A stretch of DNA of 64,000 bases from Candidatus Marinacidobacterales bacterium (lineage in GTDB: Bacteria; Acidobacteriota; Vicinamibacteria; Marinacidobacterales; DATDRI01). Location: the NCBI GenBank assembly GCA_965219415.1, contig CBDCNP010000002.1, positions 3,296,001-3,360,000 on the forward strand, given 5' to 3'. Below, one piece after another: positions 31,637-42,415 of the stretch (position 1 is its first letter; the number at the start of each line of letters is the position of its first letter). The position numbers and the translations under genes are program-made. Under the pieces are notes generated by a model. The model was given only the letters and a program-made list of their open reading frames with translations, did no database searches and was not told the DNA's origin.

Positions 31637-32442
31637 GGTATTGTCAAATTGAGCTGGTGACTGACAGAATGGTCCAATGAAGACCGATGCGCCAAGCTAC
31701 CACGGCTATCGATTTCCACCGGAAATCATCAGCCACGCCGTCTGGCTCTACCACCGATTCTGCGTGAGCTTTCGAAACGTCGAAGAGTTGCTCGCTCAGC
31801 GAGGCATCACGGTTTCTTACGAAGCGGTCCGACTGTGGTGCATTAAGTTCGGGCCGGAATACGCTCGGCGACTGAAGCGTCGGCAGGGTCGTCTCGGTGA
31901 CACATGGCACCTGGACGAGGTCTTCATAAAGATACAAGGTGAACGCCAATACCTCTGGCGCGCGGTAGACCAAGATGGTGATGTAATCGATATCCTCGTC
32001 CAGCCTCGCCGTGATCAGAAAGCCGCCAAACGATTCTTCCGCAAGCTGTTGAAGGGGCAAGGCCGTCCGCCCTGGCAGCTGGTCACCGACAAACTGAGAA
32101 GCTACAGCGCCGCTCACCGCGAGGTCATGCCGTCCGTCGTCCACGACACTGACCAGTACAGAAACAACCTAGCCGAAGTCTCGCACGAACCGACGCGACA
32201 ACGGGAACGACAGATGCGGAAGTTTAAAGCTCCTGGGCAGGCGCAACGATTCTTGACCGTGCATGGACTCGTGCAAAATCTCTTTCGCGTCGGACGGCAT
32301 TTGTTGCAAGCGCATCATCATCGGGAGCTACGAGACCGCGCTTTCATCGTCTGGCAGGAGGTAACCTGTGCCGTCCGATGAGAGCAAAGGAAGTCAGCTC
32401 GACGCGATAGGTTCGCTCGCTCAACGTCAACTTGACAATACC
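31637..32442 (+). mobile_element. IS6-family element
   Basis: 16-bp TIRs ggtattgtcaa(a/g)ttga; no flanking TSD. Confidence 0.95.
31677..32381 (+). CDS. IS6-family transposase
   Basis: YRFPPEII..AVWLY, WHLDE, YLWRAVDQDG, VTDKL, NNLAE. Confidence 0.95.
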   Translation: MKTDAPSYHGYRFPPEIISHAVWLYHRFCVSFRNVEELLAQRGITVSYEAVRLWCIKFGPEYARRLKRRQGRLGDTWHLDEVFIKIQGERQYLWRAVDQDGDVIDILVQPRRDQKAAKRFFRKLLKGQGRPPWQLVTDKLRSYSAAHREVMPSVVHDTDQYRNNLAEVSHEPTRQRERQMRKFKAPGQAQRFLTVHGLVQNLFRVGRHLLQAHHHRELRDRAFIVWQEVTCAVR

Positions 32443-34505
32443 GGCGGAGGGAAAGACGGTCGACCATCGCTCGGACATCTTTTCACTCGGCACCGTCCTC
32501 TACCAGATGACCACCGGGGAGAAACCGTTCAAGGGCGACAACCCGGGAACGATTTTGTCTTCCATCATCCGCGACACTCCCACCACCATCACCGGTTTGA
32601 AACCCGAGCTACCCCGGGACCTGGGCCGCATCGTGAAACGTTGCTTGGTCAAGGACCTCGATCACCGCTACCAATCGAGCAAGGACGTCCGGAACGATCT
32701 GGAAGAGCTCCAGCAGGATCTAGCTTCCGGGGAAGTATCCGCGGGAGCGGTGGCAGCTCGCCCTACCGGTATCAAGAAAAGCTATCTCCTGGCGGTGATC
32801 GCGGCGGTAGCGGTGGTCTCGGTGGCGACGACGTATCTATTGCTGCGGTCGGATCGACAGCCGCAAGGTCCAATCCAGGGAACCTTTTCCGAGCTCACGA
32901 CCCAGGCGGGCGAGGAGGTCTACCCTTCTCTCGCCCCGGATGGCGACTTCGTCGTCTACATGAGCGAAACCTCGGGTAACTGGGATATCTACCTACAACG
33001 CGTGGGCGGACAAAAGGACATCAACCTAACCGAGGACTCCCCCGAAGACGATAACACTCCGGTGTTCTCGCCAGACGGAGATCAAATCGCCTTTCGATCG
33101 GAGCGTCAGGGGGGCGGCATCTTCGTGATGGGCGCCACCGGGGAGTCGGTGAAACGGATCACGGATTTCGGCTACCACCCCGCCTGGTCTCCGGACGGCG
33201 AGAGTTTGGTGTTCGCAGAAGAGGGATTCCCGGGACCGCTCCAGAGAGCCAGCATCAGCCAGCTCTGGACGGTGGAGGTCGGATCGGGAGAGACGCGGCT
33301 GATCTCGGAAGGCGATGCCGTACAACCCAACTGGTCACCGAGCGGCCACCGCATCGCCTATTGGGCGGTGCCGGAAGGAGGGCAAAGGGACATCTTGACA
33401 GTCGCCGCCGAGGGCGGTGACCCTATCCGAGTGACCGACGACCCGCCTGTGGACTGGAATCCCGTCTGGTCGCCGGACGGCGGCAGCCTTTATTTCTTGA
33501 GCGACCGCGGCGGCAGCATGAATCTGTGGAGAGTCTCCATCGACGAAGGCTCAGGCAAAGTGCTGGGAGAGCCCCAGCCGGTAACCACGCCCTCACCGTA
33601 CGTGGCTCACCTTAGTATCTCGGGCAACGGCGATCGCTTGGTTTATGCTTCACGCATTCAGACTTCGAACATCCAGAAAGTGGGTTTCGATCCAACTGAA
33701 GAAAAGATATTGGGACAACCCGTTCCCGTCACTCGCGGCTCCCAAACCTACGGCCTCGGCAACGCCAGCCCCGATGGAGCCTGGCTGAGTCTTACATCCT
33801 CGGGAACGCAAGAGGACGTCTTCATTGTCCGGCCGGTCGGCACCGGGCTGCGACAGCTCACCGACGACAGATACAAGGATCGCCAACCCCTTTGGTCGCC
33901 GGACGGGGATCGCATCGCCTTCTACTCCGATCGAAGCGGCACGTACCAGCTATGGACCATTCGGCCGGACGGAAGCGGACTCGAACAAGTTACCGACGCC
34001 AGCGAAATGGATCTGCTCTACACTGTTTGAGCACCGGATGGTTCCCGCATGGCGAGCGTGGACGCGAACACGGGTATTGGCTACATCTTCGACCCTCGGA
34101 TACCTTGGGGTGAGCAGCAGCCGCAGCGACTCCCACCCTTCGAAGAGGACGGGGGCTTGGACCCCGTCGAATGGTCGCCCGACGGGAAATGGCTCGCTGG
34201 TGTCCTTCGCTCGTCCGACGGAAAATATCTAGGCCTTGGTATTTTTTCGTTCGAGTCACAAAAACTACGAACTCTTCGAAGGGGATGAGTACGCGGGATC
34301 CACGTGGATGCACGATAGCAGAAGGCTCATTCTGGCGACCGATGGGAAGCTGTTTCTATTGGACATCCGAACCAAAGAATCTCGCGAGCTGCTAGCAACG
34401 CCCGAGGGCTGGATCGGAGGCCCCTCCCTCGCACCGGACAATCGCACGATTTACTTTTCCCTCGAGACGCAGGAAGCCGACATCTGGCTCCTGGATCTCA
34501 AGTAA
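32443..34505 (+). pseudogene. Ser/Thr kinase-TM-PD40 (TolB-like) protein, N-truncated and disrupted
   Basis: VDHRSDIFSLG kinase C-lobe, a TM segment and repeated P.WSPDG; TGA at 34028-34030 and a frameshift near 34265. Confidence 0.85.
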
Positions 34506-34600
34506 CCGAAGTCCAAACGGAACTTTCCCACCCCTATTCCCGTTATGGCGATCCCATGACCGCCCTCCGATACGAGTAGGCCAGCCCTCGTGTTAGCCTA

Positions 34601-35419
34601 TTGGGAGTGTCACCAGAACCGGTCCACCTGACCATCAATTCCGAGCGGCTCGCTCGCCGCATCCTCATCTTCTGCATTCTCGCCGAGATCGTCTTCGTAT
34701 TCCTCGATTACCACATCAACTACGGGGAATGGACGTACATCGGAGCGATGCGCCGCATGTTCAATACTGCAAGGGAAGATGGTCTCGCCTCGTGGTTCGC
34801 CATGACCCAAACGCTCCTGGCGAGCCTCACCCTGGGACTGATCTACCTGTCGGAAAAGAATGGACCCGGGCCGCGATGGAAGTCATGGGGATGGCTCGTA
34901 TTGACCTTCTTCTTCTTCTATTTGGCCATCGATGACGGCGCCCAACTCCACGAGCGCATCGGGAACACTTTCAAGGAAGCCTTGTGGAACTCGACGGGCG
35001 CCACCTTCGACTTTTTCCCGAGCTACGCTTGGCAAATTCTTTTTCTGCCCTTTTTCGGCGCTCTTGGGCTATTCATGTTCGGATTTCTCTGGTACGAGCT
35101 CGGTTCGAGGTCGTCACGCGTGCTCTTGATGACCGCTGTCTTCTTACAGGTGGTCGCGGTTGCTATGGACTTCGTGGAAGGTCTCGAGGCCGAACACCGC
35201 TGGAACCTCTACACAATTATCGCGAATCGGTATGACCTGGAGCCTTGGACCCAGGCGCGGTTCGGCGAGACGGCGTTCGACGCACTGCGTCACTTTTCCA
35301 AATCGTTCGAAGAGGCGATCGAGATGGCGGGCATCTCGATTCTGTGGTTCTTGTTTCTGAGGCACCTGAGCCACGTCGCGGGCGATCTAAGAGTCCGTTT
35401 CGTCCGAGCAGGGTGCTGA
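34601..35419 (+). CDS. Multi-pass membrane protein
   Basis: About six TM segments; LAIDDGAQLHE motif. Confidence 0.7.
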   Translation: MGVSPEPVHLTINSERLARRILIFCILAEIVFVFLDYHINYGEWTYIGAMRRMFNTAREDGLASWFAMTQTLLASLTLGLIYLSEKNGPGPRWKSWGWLVLTFFFFYLAIDDGAQLHERIGNTFKEALWNSTGATFDFFPSYAWQILFLPFFGALGLFMFGFLWYELGSRSSRVLLMTAVFLQVVAVAMDFVEGLEAEHRWNLYTIIANRYDLEPWTQARFGETAFDALRHFSKSFEEAIEMAGISILWFLFLRHLSHVAGDLRVRFVRAGC

Positions 35420-35560
35420 AAAAGTCACGGCACCCTGCGCGAGCGGAGCGAGCCCGGCCCAAGTGAGTCGACGACGGACGCCGAGCGAGGAGCGAGGCGC
35501 CAAGGGCGCGAACGCGGAGTGAGCGCGCATTGAGATCAAGCCGTGCTCGGGCACGCTCGT
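35411..35560. repeat. MITE/IS-end-like element truncating the VWA gene
   Basis: gggtgctgaaaaagtc end followed by gcgagcggagcgagc-type repeats; VWA-like sequence appears to stop at this boundary. Confidence 0.45.
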
Positions 35561-36745
35561 GCAACCACTCTTACCACGGAGTCTTCCCAAGCTTCTTTGT
35601 CCACCGAAGCGAAGAATGTCTCTTCGTTGCTCACGCAGGCGATCTTGGGCACATCTTCCAGACCGAGCCGATACCTGGTGCCACTATCTTTGTATGTGAC
35701 GTCGATACCGCCCAGCTGGTACTCGCCGGGCTCGTCGCTCGGAATACGGTACGTCACCCAGAGCCGCCTCTCTTGACCCGAGAAGAGAGTCCCCAGATGG
35801 AAGACGACGCGACGGCCGTGGCGTTCCAGAGGGTAACCGGTGGCCTCAACCACTTCGACTCCCTCGCCAGGCTGCAAATTCACCGCGACGGCCGTGGCGA
35901 CCGTCTCGCGGGTCGCTTCGAATTCTTTCGCGAAGATCTCTGCCAGTCCGTGGGCGCTCTCGAGAAAGTAGTAGTTACCGGTCCCGCCATCGGCCAGCGT
36001 GCTCATGAGGTACTCGTTGAGGTCGGCGCCAACGCCGACGGTCGAAAGCACCTGTTCTCGATCGGCGAACCGCCGCGCCCTCATGGAGAGGCCCTCGGAA
36101 GAGCTATCCCCGTGATTGGCCAGGCCATCCGAAAGGAGGACCACCCGAGCGAATCGACTCTCTGCACGCGTGGAGGAGATCGTCCGGTACGCCAGATCCA
36201 AACCGGCGGACACGTTGGTGTTGCCATCGGTGCCGATGCTTCGGATTCTGTCTGACCAGATCGATTTGGAGCGGGCCGTGGCGGGTCTCAATGGGATGCG
36301 GAGCTCCGCGCCGGTCGAGTAGGTCACCAGGGCAAAACGATCCTGTGCGCCGAGCTGCTGGATGAGCTCGAGAACCGCTGCGCGGGCGTAGTCGATCTTA
36401 TCCCCAGCCATCGAGCCCGAGCGGTCGAGAACGACAACGAGATCGGTTCGGGAGCAAGCTCGCCTGATCTCTCTTCCGTTCTTCGGCGGAAAGCACGAGC
36501 TCGACTTGGACGAGCCCGTCACTTCCCACCAAAACCGCGCCTTGGCTTGTCCGTGACGCGAGAGCAACCGTACCGTTCGACGCGCGAGCTAGCTCGATCG
36601 AACCGTCCGTGCGTACAGAGGCCGCGTGGTTGATGAGAACGCCGGCCAGCAGCGTGGCGGCGAGGAGCACGCCCACGAGGGACAGGGGTGCCTTCAAAGG
36701 TCGGTTGGGTTTGGGTGTTGGTATCGCGTCTGACATCGTCTTCAC
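35561..36745 (-). pseudogene. VWA-domain (YfbK-like) protein, frameshifted and truncated
   Basis: MIDAS motif VLDRSGSM, LLSDGLAN, LADGGTGNYYF; the N-terminal TM lies in another frame (shift near 36455). Confidence 0.8.
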
Positions 36746-37662
36746 CTCTCTGAGTTAGGTTGAGTAGTCGTCGCGGTCGGAGGTGGTGGATTTCGTGAAG
36801 AGCTTGAGCCAAGAGAGGAATCTGGGACAAATAGCGGAGCGCGAACGTCCGCAAGGCGCGATACAACAGCAGGCGCTGACACAGCGCCCCGGTACGACCG
36901 TTCCGCTCAAGCTGAAGGATCAGAAACGCAACGTGGCGTTACAGGAGGATCGCAACGAAAGCGCGAGCGACGCCTTTTACAGCTCGGAGTCGGTGTTGCG
37001 TCAGCTCAACCGAGGGGCCTACGCAAGAAAAACACGGGCACAGCTGATGGACCTTCCCGCTACCGACCCTAGTACCGAGGACGCGCGGGCGGGCGAGGCG
37101 TTCGGTGACGCCTCCCAGGAGGCGTCAGCCTATGAGTTCTCCGCCGACAGGGAACAACAGGGTTTGGAAGAGAGAGCCGGGGCACGTTCCGCAGGTCGCC
37201 TCGTCGAGACCGCCGACGGTCGAGGTGTTGTGTTCGTTCCACCGATGACGGCGCGGCTTCCTCGGTGACGAGCATCTGTACCTCTGGCGCACGCTCGTCG
37301 ACTCCGGCGCCACCTACCGTCAAGGGTTAGTACTTCGAGTTCCTGGTCTCTTCGAGTGGTTGAGCGCGCGCGTGATCGATTCAAGTGAGCTCACCGGTCA
37401 TGCTTGGCTCGTGCCGGGGTTTGGGCATGACGCCGCAGAGCTCTCATCGATTAGTGATGAAGCGCTAGTTTTTCGGTACCAGTTCGACGAACCTTTTACC
37501 GACGTCGCAGGGCTGCTGAAATTGGATGCCCTTGCCGTGGTCAGTAGCAGTCGATGAAGAGGTGCAAAACGGGGGGACAGCCTTTGGATTGAGTTGTTTT
37601 GGTGGCGAGGAGACAAACGAGGAGCGTTGGGTGGAGGAGTGGCGGGCTCAGGAGAACGCCAG

Positions 37663-39093
37663 TTAGACGGGACGCTTGCTCGGCCGCTCGAACGTCTCGT
37701 ACTCCTCGATCGGTCCGTTTTCTTTCAACCGAGCCTTGCTGACGCGCTCCATCCCGGTCCGCGGCAGGTCCCGACACAGATGGATCGAGCGTGGGAGCTT
37801 GTGAGGGGTCAACTCGCGCACGCAGTGGTCGTAGAGAGCTTGGCCGGTGGCCTCCTCACTCAGCACAACATACGCTTGTAGCTCCACGCCATAGATGTCG
37901 TCAGGCACCGCGATCAGCGCCGCCTCGGAGACTGCCGGATGCGATCGCAAGACGACTTCCACCTCGCGGAGAGAAATGTTCTCTCCCGACCGGCGAACGA
38001 TGTCCCCTCCGCGACCTGTGAAGTGTAGATAGCCTTCGGCGTCGATATGCCCCACGTCGCTGGTGCGGAGCCAACCTTGTTCGGGAAGGGCCTCTGCCGT
38101 CGCCTCCAGGTTGCCGAGATAGCCGGACATCAATCCTTCTCCACCGACCCAGATCGCTCCATCCTCATTGGGTTCGCAGCGACGACCATCGGCGTCGCGG
38201 ATCTCGACCGTTTTTCCAGCCACCGGCCGGCCGACCGATCCGGGGAGATGAGACTCCCCGAGTCGTTCCATCGTCACCACTCCGCCCTCGGTGAGGCCGT
38301 AACCTTCGACCATCTGGAATCCGAATCGCTCCTCACACTCTGCCCGCAGATCATCTTGCAAGCCGGCACACGTCACTTTGCGAAGACTGCTGGAACGCTT
38401 GCCCTTTTGCTCGCGGGCGAGCAAGACCGGAATCGCTCCGATCAAAAACGCCTGGGTCGGTCGCAATGAGTCCACCTGGCCCCAGAAACGGGAGAGGCTG
38501 AAACGCTCTACCCAAACGATGGTTGCCCCGGAGAGGAGCGCGCCATAGACGCTGGTGACCTGAGCGTTCATATGAAAGAGCGGAAGCATCATGAAAAGGC
38601 GATCCTCCGCCGATAGCTCCATCGCCTCCACCCAAACCCGTCCGCCCGTCTCGTAGTAGTCGTGAGAAAGCATGCAGCCCTTGGGTTTTCCGGTGGACCC
38701 CGATGTATAGAGAACCGCAGCGGTACCCTCCGGCAAAACCACGGTACCTTGGAGGTCGGCGCACTCCTTCAACCCCTCGGGATCGACCATCAGGCGGACA
38801 TCCGAATGCTTGGCCAACCAATCCACCTCCGCGGGTGGTGAGGCCGGGTTGATCGGAACCATGACCGCGCCCGCGCGGGTCAGGCCAAACCAAATGGCGA
38901 GGAATTCAGGGGAGTTGGGAAGCCTTAGGAGGACCCGATCGCCAAGCTTGACGCCTGCGCTTTCGAAGCGGTCACTCCACTCGTCGCTCGAGGCGAGCAT
39001 CTCCGAAGCAGACTGGGTGCGGTCTTCACCGACCAGGAACGGCTGGTCGCCACGGTCCCGGGCCCGCCGTTCGAGCAGCTCGTAGGCGGTCAC
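37663..39093 (-). CDS. Acyl-CoA ligase (CaiC-like)
   Basis: YTSGSTGKPKG, EGYGLTE, RRSGENIS; the GTG start overlaps the upstream stop. Confidence 0.9.
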   Translation of the reverse strand: MTAYELLERRARDRGDQPFLVGEDRTQSASEMLASSDEWSDRFESAGVKLGDRVLLRLPNSPEFLAIWFGLTRAGAVMVPINPASPPAEVDWLAKHSDVRLMVDPEGLKECADLQGTVVLPEGTAAVLYTSGSTGKPKGCMLSHDYYETGGRVWVEAMELSAEDRLFMMLPLFHMNAQVTSVYGALLSGATIVWVERFSLSRFWGQVDSLRPTQAFLIGAIPVLLAREQKGKRSSSLRKVTCAGLQDDLRAECEERFGFQMVEGYGLTEGGVVTMERLGESHLPGSVGRPVAGKTVEIRDADGRRCEPNEDGAIWVGGEGLMSGYLGNLEATAEALPEQGWLRTSDVGHIDAEGYLHFTGRGGDIVRRSGENISLREVEVVLRSHPAVSEAALIAVPDDIYGVELQAYVVLSEEATGQALYDHCVRELTPHKLPRSIHLCRDLPRTGMERVSKARLKENGPIEEYETFERPSKRPV

Positions 39094-40268
39094 TAGGCTT
39101 TCTTTTTCAGGTAGCCCTCGATGCGGTCCATCGCCTCTTCCAGCTTGTCGTAGGGTTCGGAGCCGAAACAAATTCTCAGATGACCTTCACCCGACGCTCC
39201 GTAGAAGGTGCCCGCTTCGGTGGCCACATGAGTCTCCTTTAGGAGCTCATCGGCGAGCTCATCGGACGATTTTCCCCAGCCACTGAAATCAGGAAACGAG
39301 TAGATGGTGGCGTGGGGCTTGTCGCAGTTCACGTTGGGCATCGCGTTTAGCCGGTCGTGCACTAGGTCCCTCCGACGTCGGTCCTCCTTAACCATCTCCG
39401 CAACGCAGTCTTGCGGGTTGACGACCGCGGCCAGCGCTCCCTCTTGAGCGAAGACATTGGGATGCGTGGTCTCGTTCAAGACGACTTTGTAGACCGCGTC
39501 CACGAATTCTTTCTTCGCGGCGACGTAGCCCAGCCGCCAACCATCCATCGCGTACGCCTTGGTAAAGGCGAAGGTGCTGATGGTTCGATCCCGCATTCCG
39601 GGAAGACTCGCCAGGCTGAGGTGTTTGTGATCATCGTAGAGAACGTACTCATACACCTCGTCCGTCAATACGAGCAGGTCATGCTTAGTGGCAATCTCCG
39701 CGAGTGCAGAGACTTCATCATGAGTAAAGACTCTTCCCACCGGGTTGGCGGGGTTAACGAAGACGATCATGCGCGTCTTGGGTGTGATGGCCTTCTCCAA
39801 TGCGTCCGGGTCCAACCGGTACCCTTGCGACTTCGCGAGCGGAACGGTGACCACCTTGGCCCCCAAGAGCTCGATCTTCTTGTTGTGCTGCGGATAATAG
39901 GGCTCGAAGACGATCACCTCGTCTCCTTCCTCGAGACCCGCCATAAAGGTTGCGAAAGAGGCTTGCGTCAGCCCATTGGTCATCAAAACCTCGTCCGGTG
40001 CCACTTCAATACCGTTATAGTCTTTGAGCTTCTGGGCCAGCGCTTCGCGGAGCTTGGTGTTGCCACGGAGATCACCGTAGTGCACAACGCCGTTATCGAG
40101 AGCTTTCTTTGAAGCGTCCTTGATGTGGGCCGGTGTGTCGTACGAGGGTCGACCTACCTCCAAATGGATGATGTCATCCACGCCCTTCTTCTCCATCTCA
40201 TGGGCGACCTCGAACATTCCAAAGTTCTTATCGATCTGACTTGCCAATCGATTGGCGGGCCATTTCAT
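39093..40268 (-). CDS. PLP-dependent aminotransferase, class I/II
   Basis: NPANPVG, TDEVYE, FTKAYAMDGWRLG. Confidence 0.92.
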   Translation of the reverse strand: MKWPANRLASQIDKNFGMFEVAHEMEKKGVDDIIHLEVGRPSYDTPAHIKDASKKALDNGVVHYGDLRGNTKLREALAQKLKDYNGIEVAPDEVLMTNGLTQASFATFMAGLEEGDEVIVFEPYYPQHNKKIELLGAKVVTVPLAKSQGYRLDPDALEKAITPKTRMIVFVNPANPVGRVFTHDEVSALAEIATKHDLLVLTDEVYEYVLYDDHKHLSLASLPGMRDRTISTFAFTKAYAMDGWRLGYVAAKKEFVDAVYKVVLNETTHPNVFAQEGALAAVVNPQDCVAEMVKEDRRRRDLVHDRLNAMPNVNCDKPHATIYSFPDFSGWGKSSDELADELLKETHVATEAGTFYGASGEGHLRICFGSEPYDKLEEAMDRIEGYLKKKA

Positions 40269-40291
40269 CGTTTCTATACTCCTCAGCTTAG

Positions 40292-41986
40292 CTAGTACCC
40301 GTCCAGAAGCCTGTAAGGGATTGAGAAAAAAGGAGAAATCGCAAATTCAGGGCTAGTCTTCTGAGGGGGTGTCGATTAGGATCGTGTCGTTGAAAACATC
40401 CGATTCTAAATGACTTAACTCCAAAGGAGACCAGCCCTAAATGCGAAAAACGATCAACCCACAGCCAAATCTACGTGCGCCCTGGCTGGAGCTGGAGCAC
40501 GCACGCGAACTCGAAACGATCTCGTCGCCGCTCGATGCCCATCCTAAACTCAATGAGCTGGTACTGCAAGACCTGAAGTCGGTCACCCCATCGGCAGGGA
40601 GCGATGTTGGTCGTGGGGGAATGAGCACGGAGCAGGTTCTCCGGGCGTTGTTGGTCAAGCAGCTGAATCAGCTCAGCTATCGGGAGCTGGCGTTTCACTT
40701 GGCAGACTCTCGAAGCTATCGGACGTTTTGCCAGCTCGGCATCATAGAGCCGACCCCGTCGAAGTCGACCCTAGCAGCAAACATCAAAGCCGTGAAGTTC
40801 GAAACGCTGGAGCAGATCAACCGAGAGCTGGTGAGCGTTGCCGAGGATGCTGGGATCGAAAAGGGAAGAAAAGTACGAGTGGAACTGCACGGTAGTGGAA
40901 TCAAACATTCATCCGCCTACAGACTCCGAGCTTCTTTATGACTGTGTTCGGGTTCTCACTCGCCTGATGTGCGGAGCTCGCGAACTGCTGGGTACAGTAG
41001 TGGTCTTCGGCAATCGAACGCGTCGAGCGAAGAGACGTCGACTGGGAGTTCTGAACGCGAAGGATAAGCAACAAAGGCGTCGCGTCTATCGAGATCTACT
41101 GAAGGTGACGGAAGAAACCTATCGCTCCGCTCAACGCGTTGCAGAACAGTTGGAAGAGTCGGGCTTGACCGAGCCTGTGAAGCGAGCGAGTACGGAGAGG
41201 ATCGCCGCGGATTTTGCGCACTTTCTCGTCCTCACCAAGAAAGTCATCAACCAAACCCAACGCCGAGTGATCGACGAAGAGCGTGTGCCTGCAGAGGAAA
41301 AGGTCGTTTCTGTCTTCGAAGAACACACCGACATTATTCGCAAAGACCGGCGCGAGACCCTCTACGGTCACAAGGTGTGTCTGACTGGTGGTTCGTCCTC
41401 GATGATTTTGGATTGCGTGATCTTGGATGGGAATCCGGCCGATTCAACTCTCGCGGAAACCATGATCGACCGTCAAGTCGAACTCTACGAGCGGGCCCCG
41501 CGCCAGGTCGCCTACGATGGCGCGTTTTCTTCAAAGGCAAACTTGGAAGCCATCAAAGGCAAGGGAGTTGAAGATGTTGCCTTTACCAAAGCTCAAGGTT
41601 TCGCCGTGACCGATATGGTCAAGAGTTCCTGGGTCTATCAACGCCTGCGGCGATTTCGCTGCGGGATCGAAGGCGTCATTTCGTTCTTGAAACGAGTCTT
41701 TGGTCTCGACCGATGCACATGGCGCTCATTGCCTTCTTTTAAATCGTACGTATGGGGTTCCATCATCACCTGCAATCTACTGGTGATGGCGAAACATCTA
41801 TTAAGATAATAACTATTACTCTTCCGCTCCCATAGCCTTGGATTCCTGACGATTCGCCTCTCGTTTCGTCCAAGATTTTCATTCGCTCTCAACCCTACGA
41901 AGTTCCCTACCGAAAACGTATAATACCCACATCTTCGGTAGGCCTGTCGCACACCACAAGTTATGGTGTTTCTGGACAGGAACTAG
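40292..41986 (+). mobile_element. IS5/ISNCY-like element; transposase 40441-41809 frameshifted near 40883
   Basis: TIRs ctagtacccgtccagaa / ttctggacaggaactag in a CTAG context; RV(D)CTVVESNIHPPTD, YGHK, AYDG, RCGIEG. Confidence 0.88.
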
Positions 41987-42415
41987 CTAGTTGTTAGACT
42001 CGGGCTCCAGCTCGAAGTACGGCAAGTGCGTTCCTTCGATCTCTTCGAACCGAACTCGCACTCTCGATCCAATGCTTGCGGTGCGATTTCCGGCAACGAT
42101 CTTGCCCACAATGCGTGGGCCTTTATCCAAATCTATCAGTCCCACGGTGTAGGGAACCTTGCCTTCAAGGTTCGGTCGAAAGGCGTGGTGTACCACCGTA
42201 AAACTCCACACCGAACCGAGCCCCGAAAGCTCCTCCCACTGGAAATCACGAGAGTGGCACTCCGGACAAGCGGGCAGGGGTGGCAAGCGCAACTTACCAC
42301 AGCCACCACAGACTTGCGCAACGAGCCTCTCTTCCTGGCACGCCTGCCAAAAGGGCCGGCTGTCGGGATCGGGAATTGGCAAAGAAGCGCGTTTTTCCAA
42401 CTCACTCGACTCCAA
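41987..42415 (-). CDS. Zn-ribbon OB-fold protein (DUF35/ChsH2-like)
   Basis: PFWQAC, CGGC...CPEC, GSVWSFTV. Confidence 0.9.
   Translation of the reverse strand: MESSELEKRASLPIPDPDSRPFWQACQEERLVAQVCGGCGKLRLPPLPACPECHSRDFQWEELSGLGSVWSFTVVHHAFRPNLEGKVPYTVGLIDLDKGPRIVGKIVAGNRTASIGSRVRVRFEEIEGTHLPYFELEPESNN

Noticed and set aside
6313-34030. TGA recoding (in-frame TGA at 6313, 24514 and 34028 where Cys or Trp is expected)
   Set aside because: Many intact genes here end in TGA, each case is a single substitution from TGG/TGY, and the same genes carry other lesions.
36783-37616. Short plus-strand ORFs between the VWA and CoA-ligase genes
   Set aside because: They may be remnants of a decayed gene, but there is no recognisable motif to support a call.
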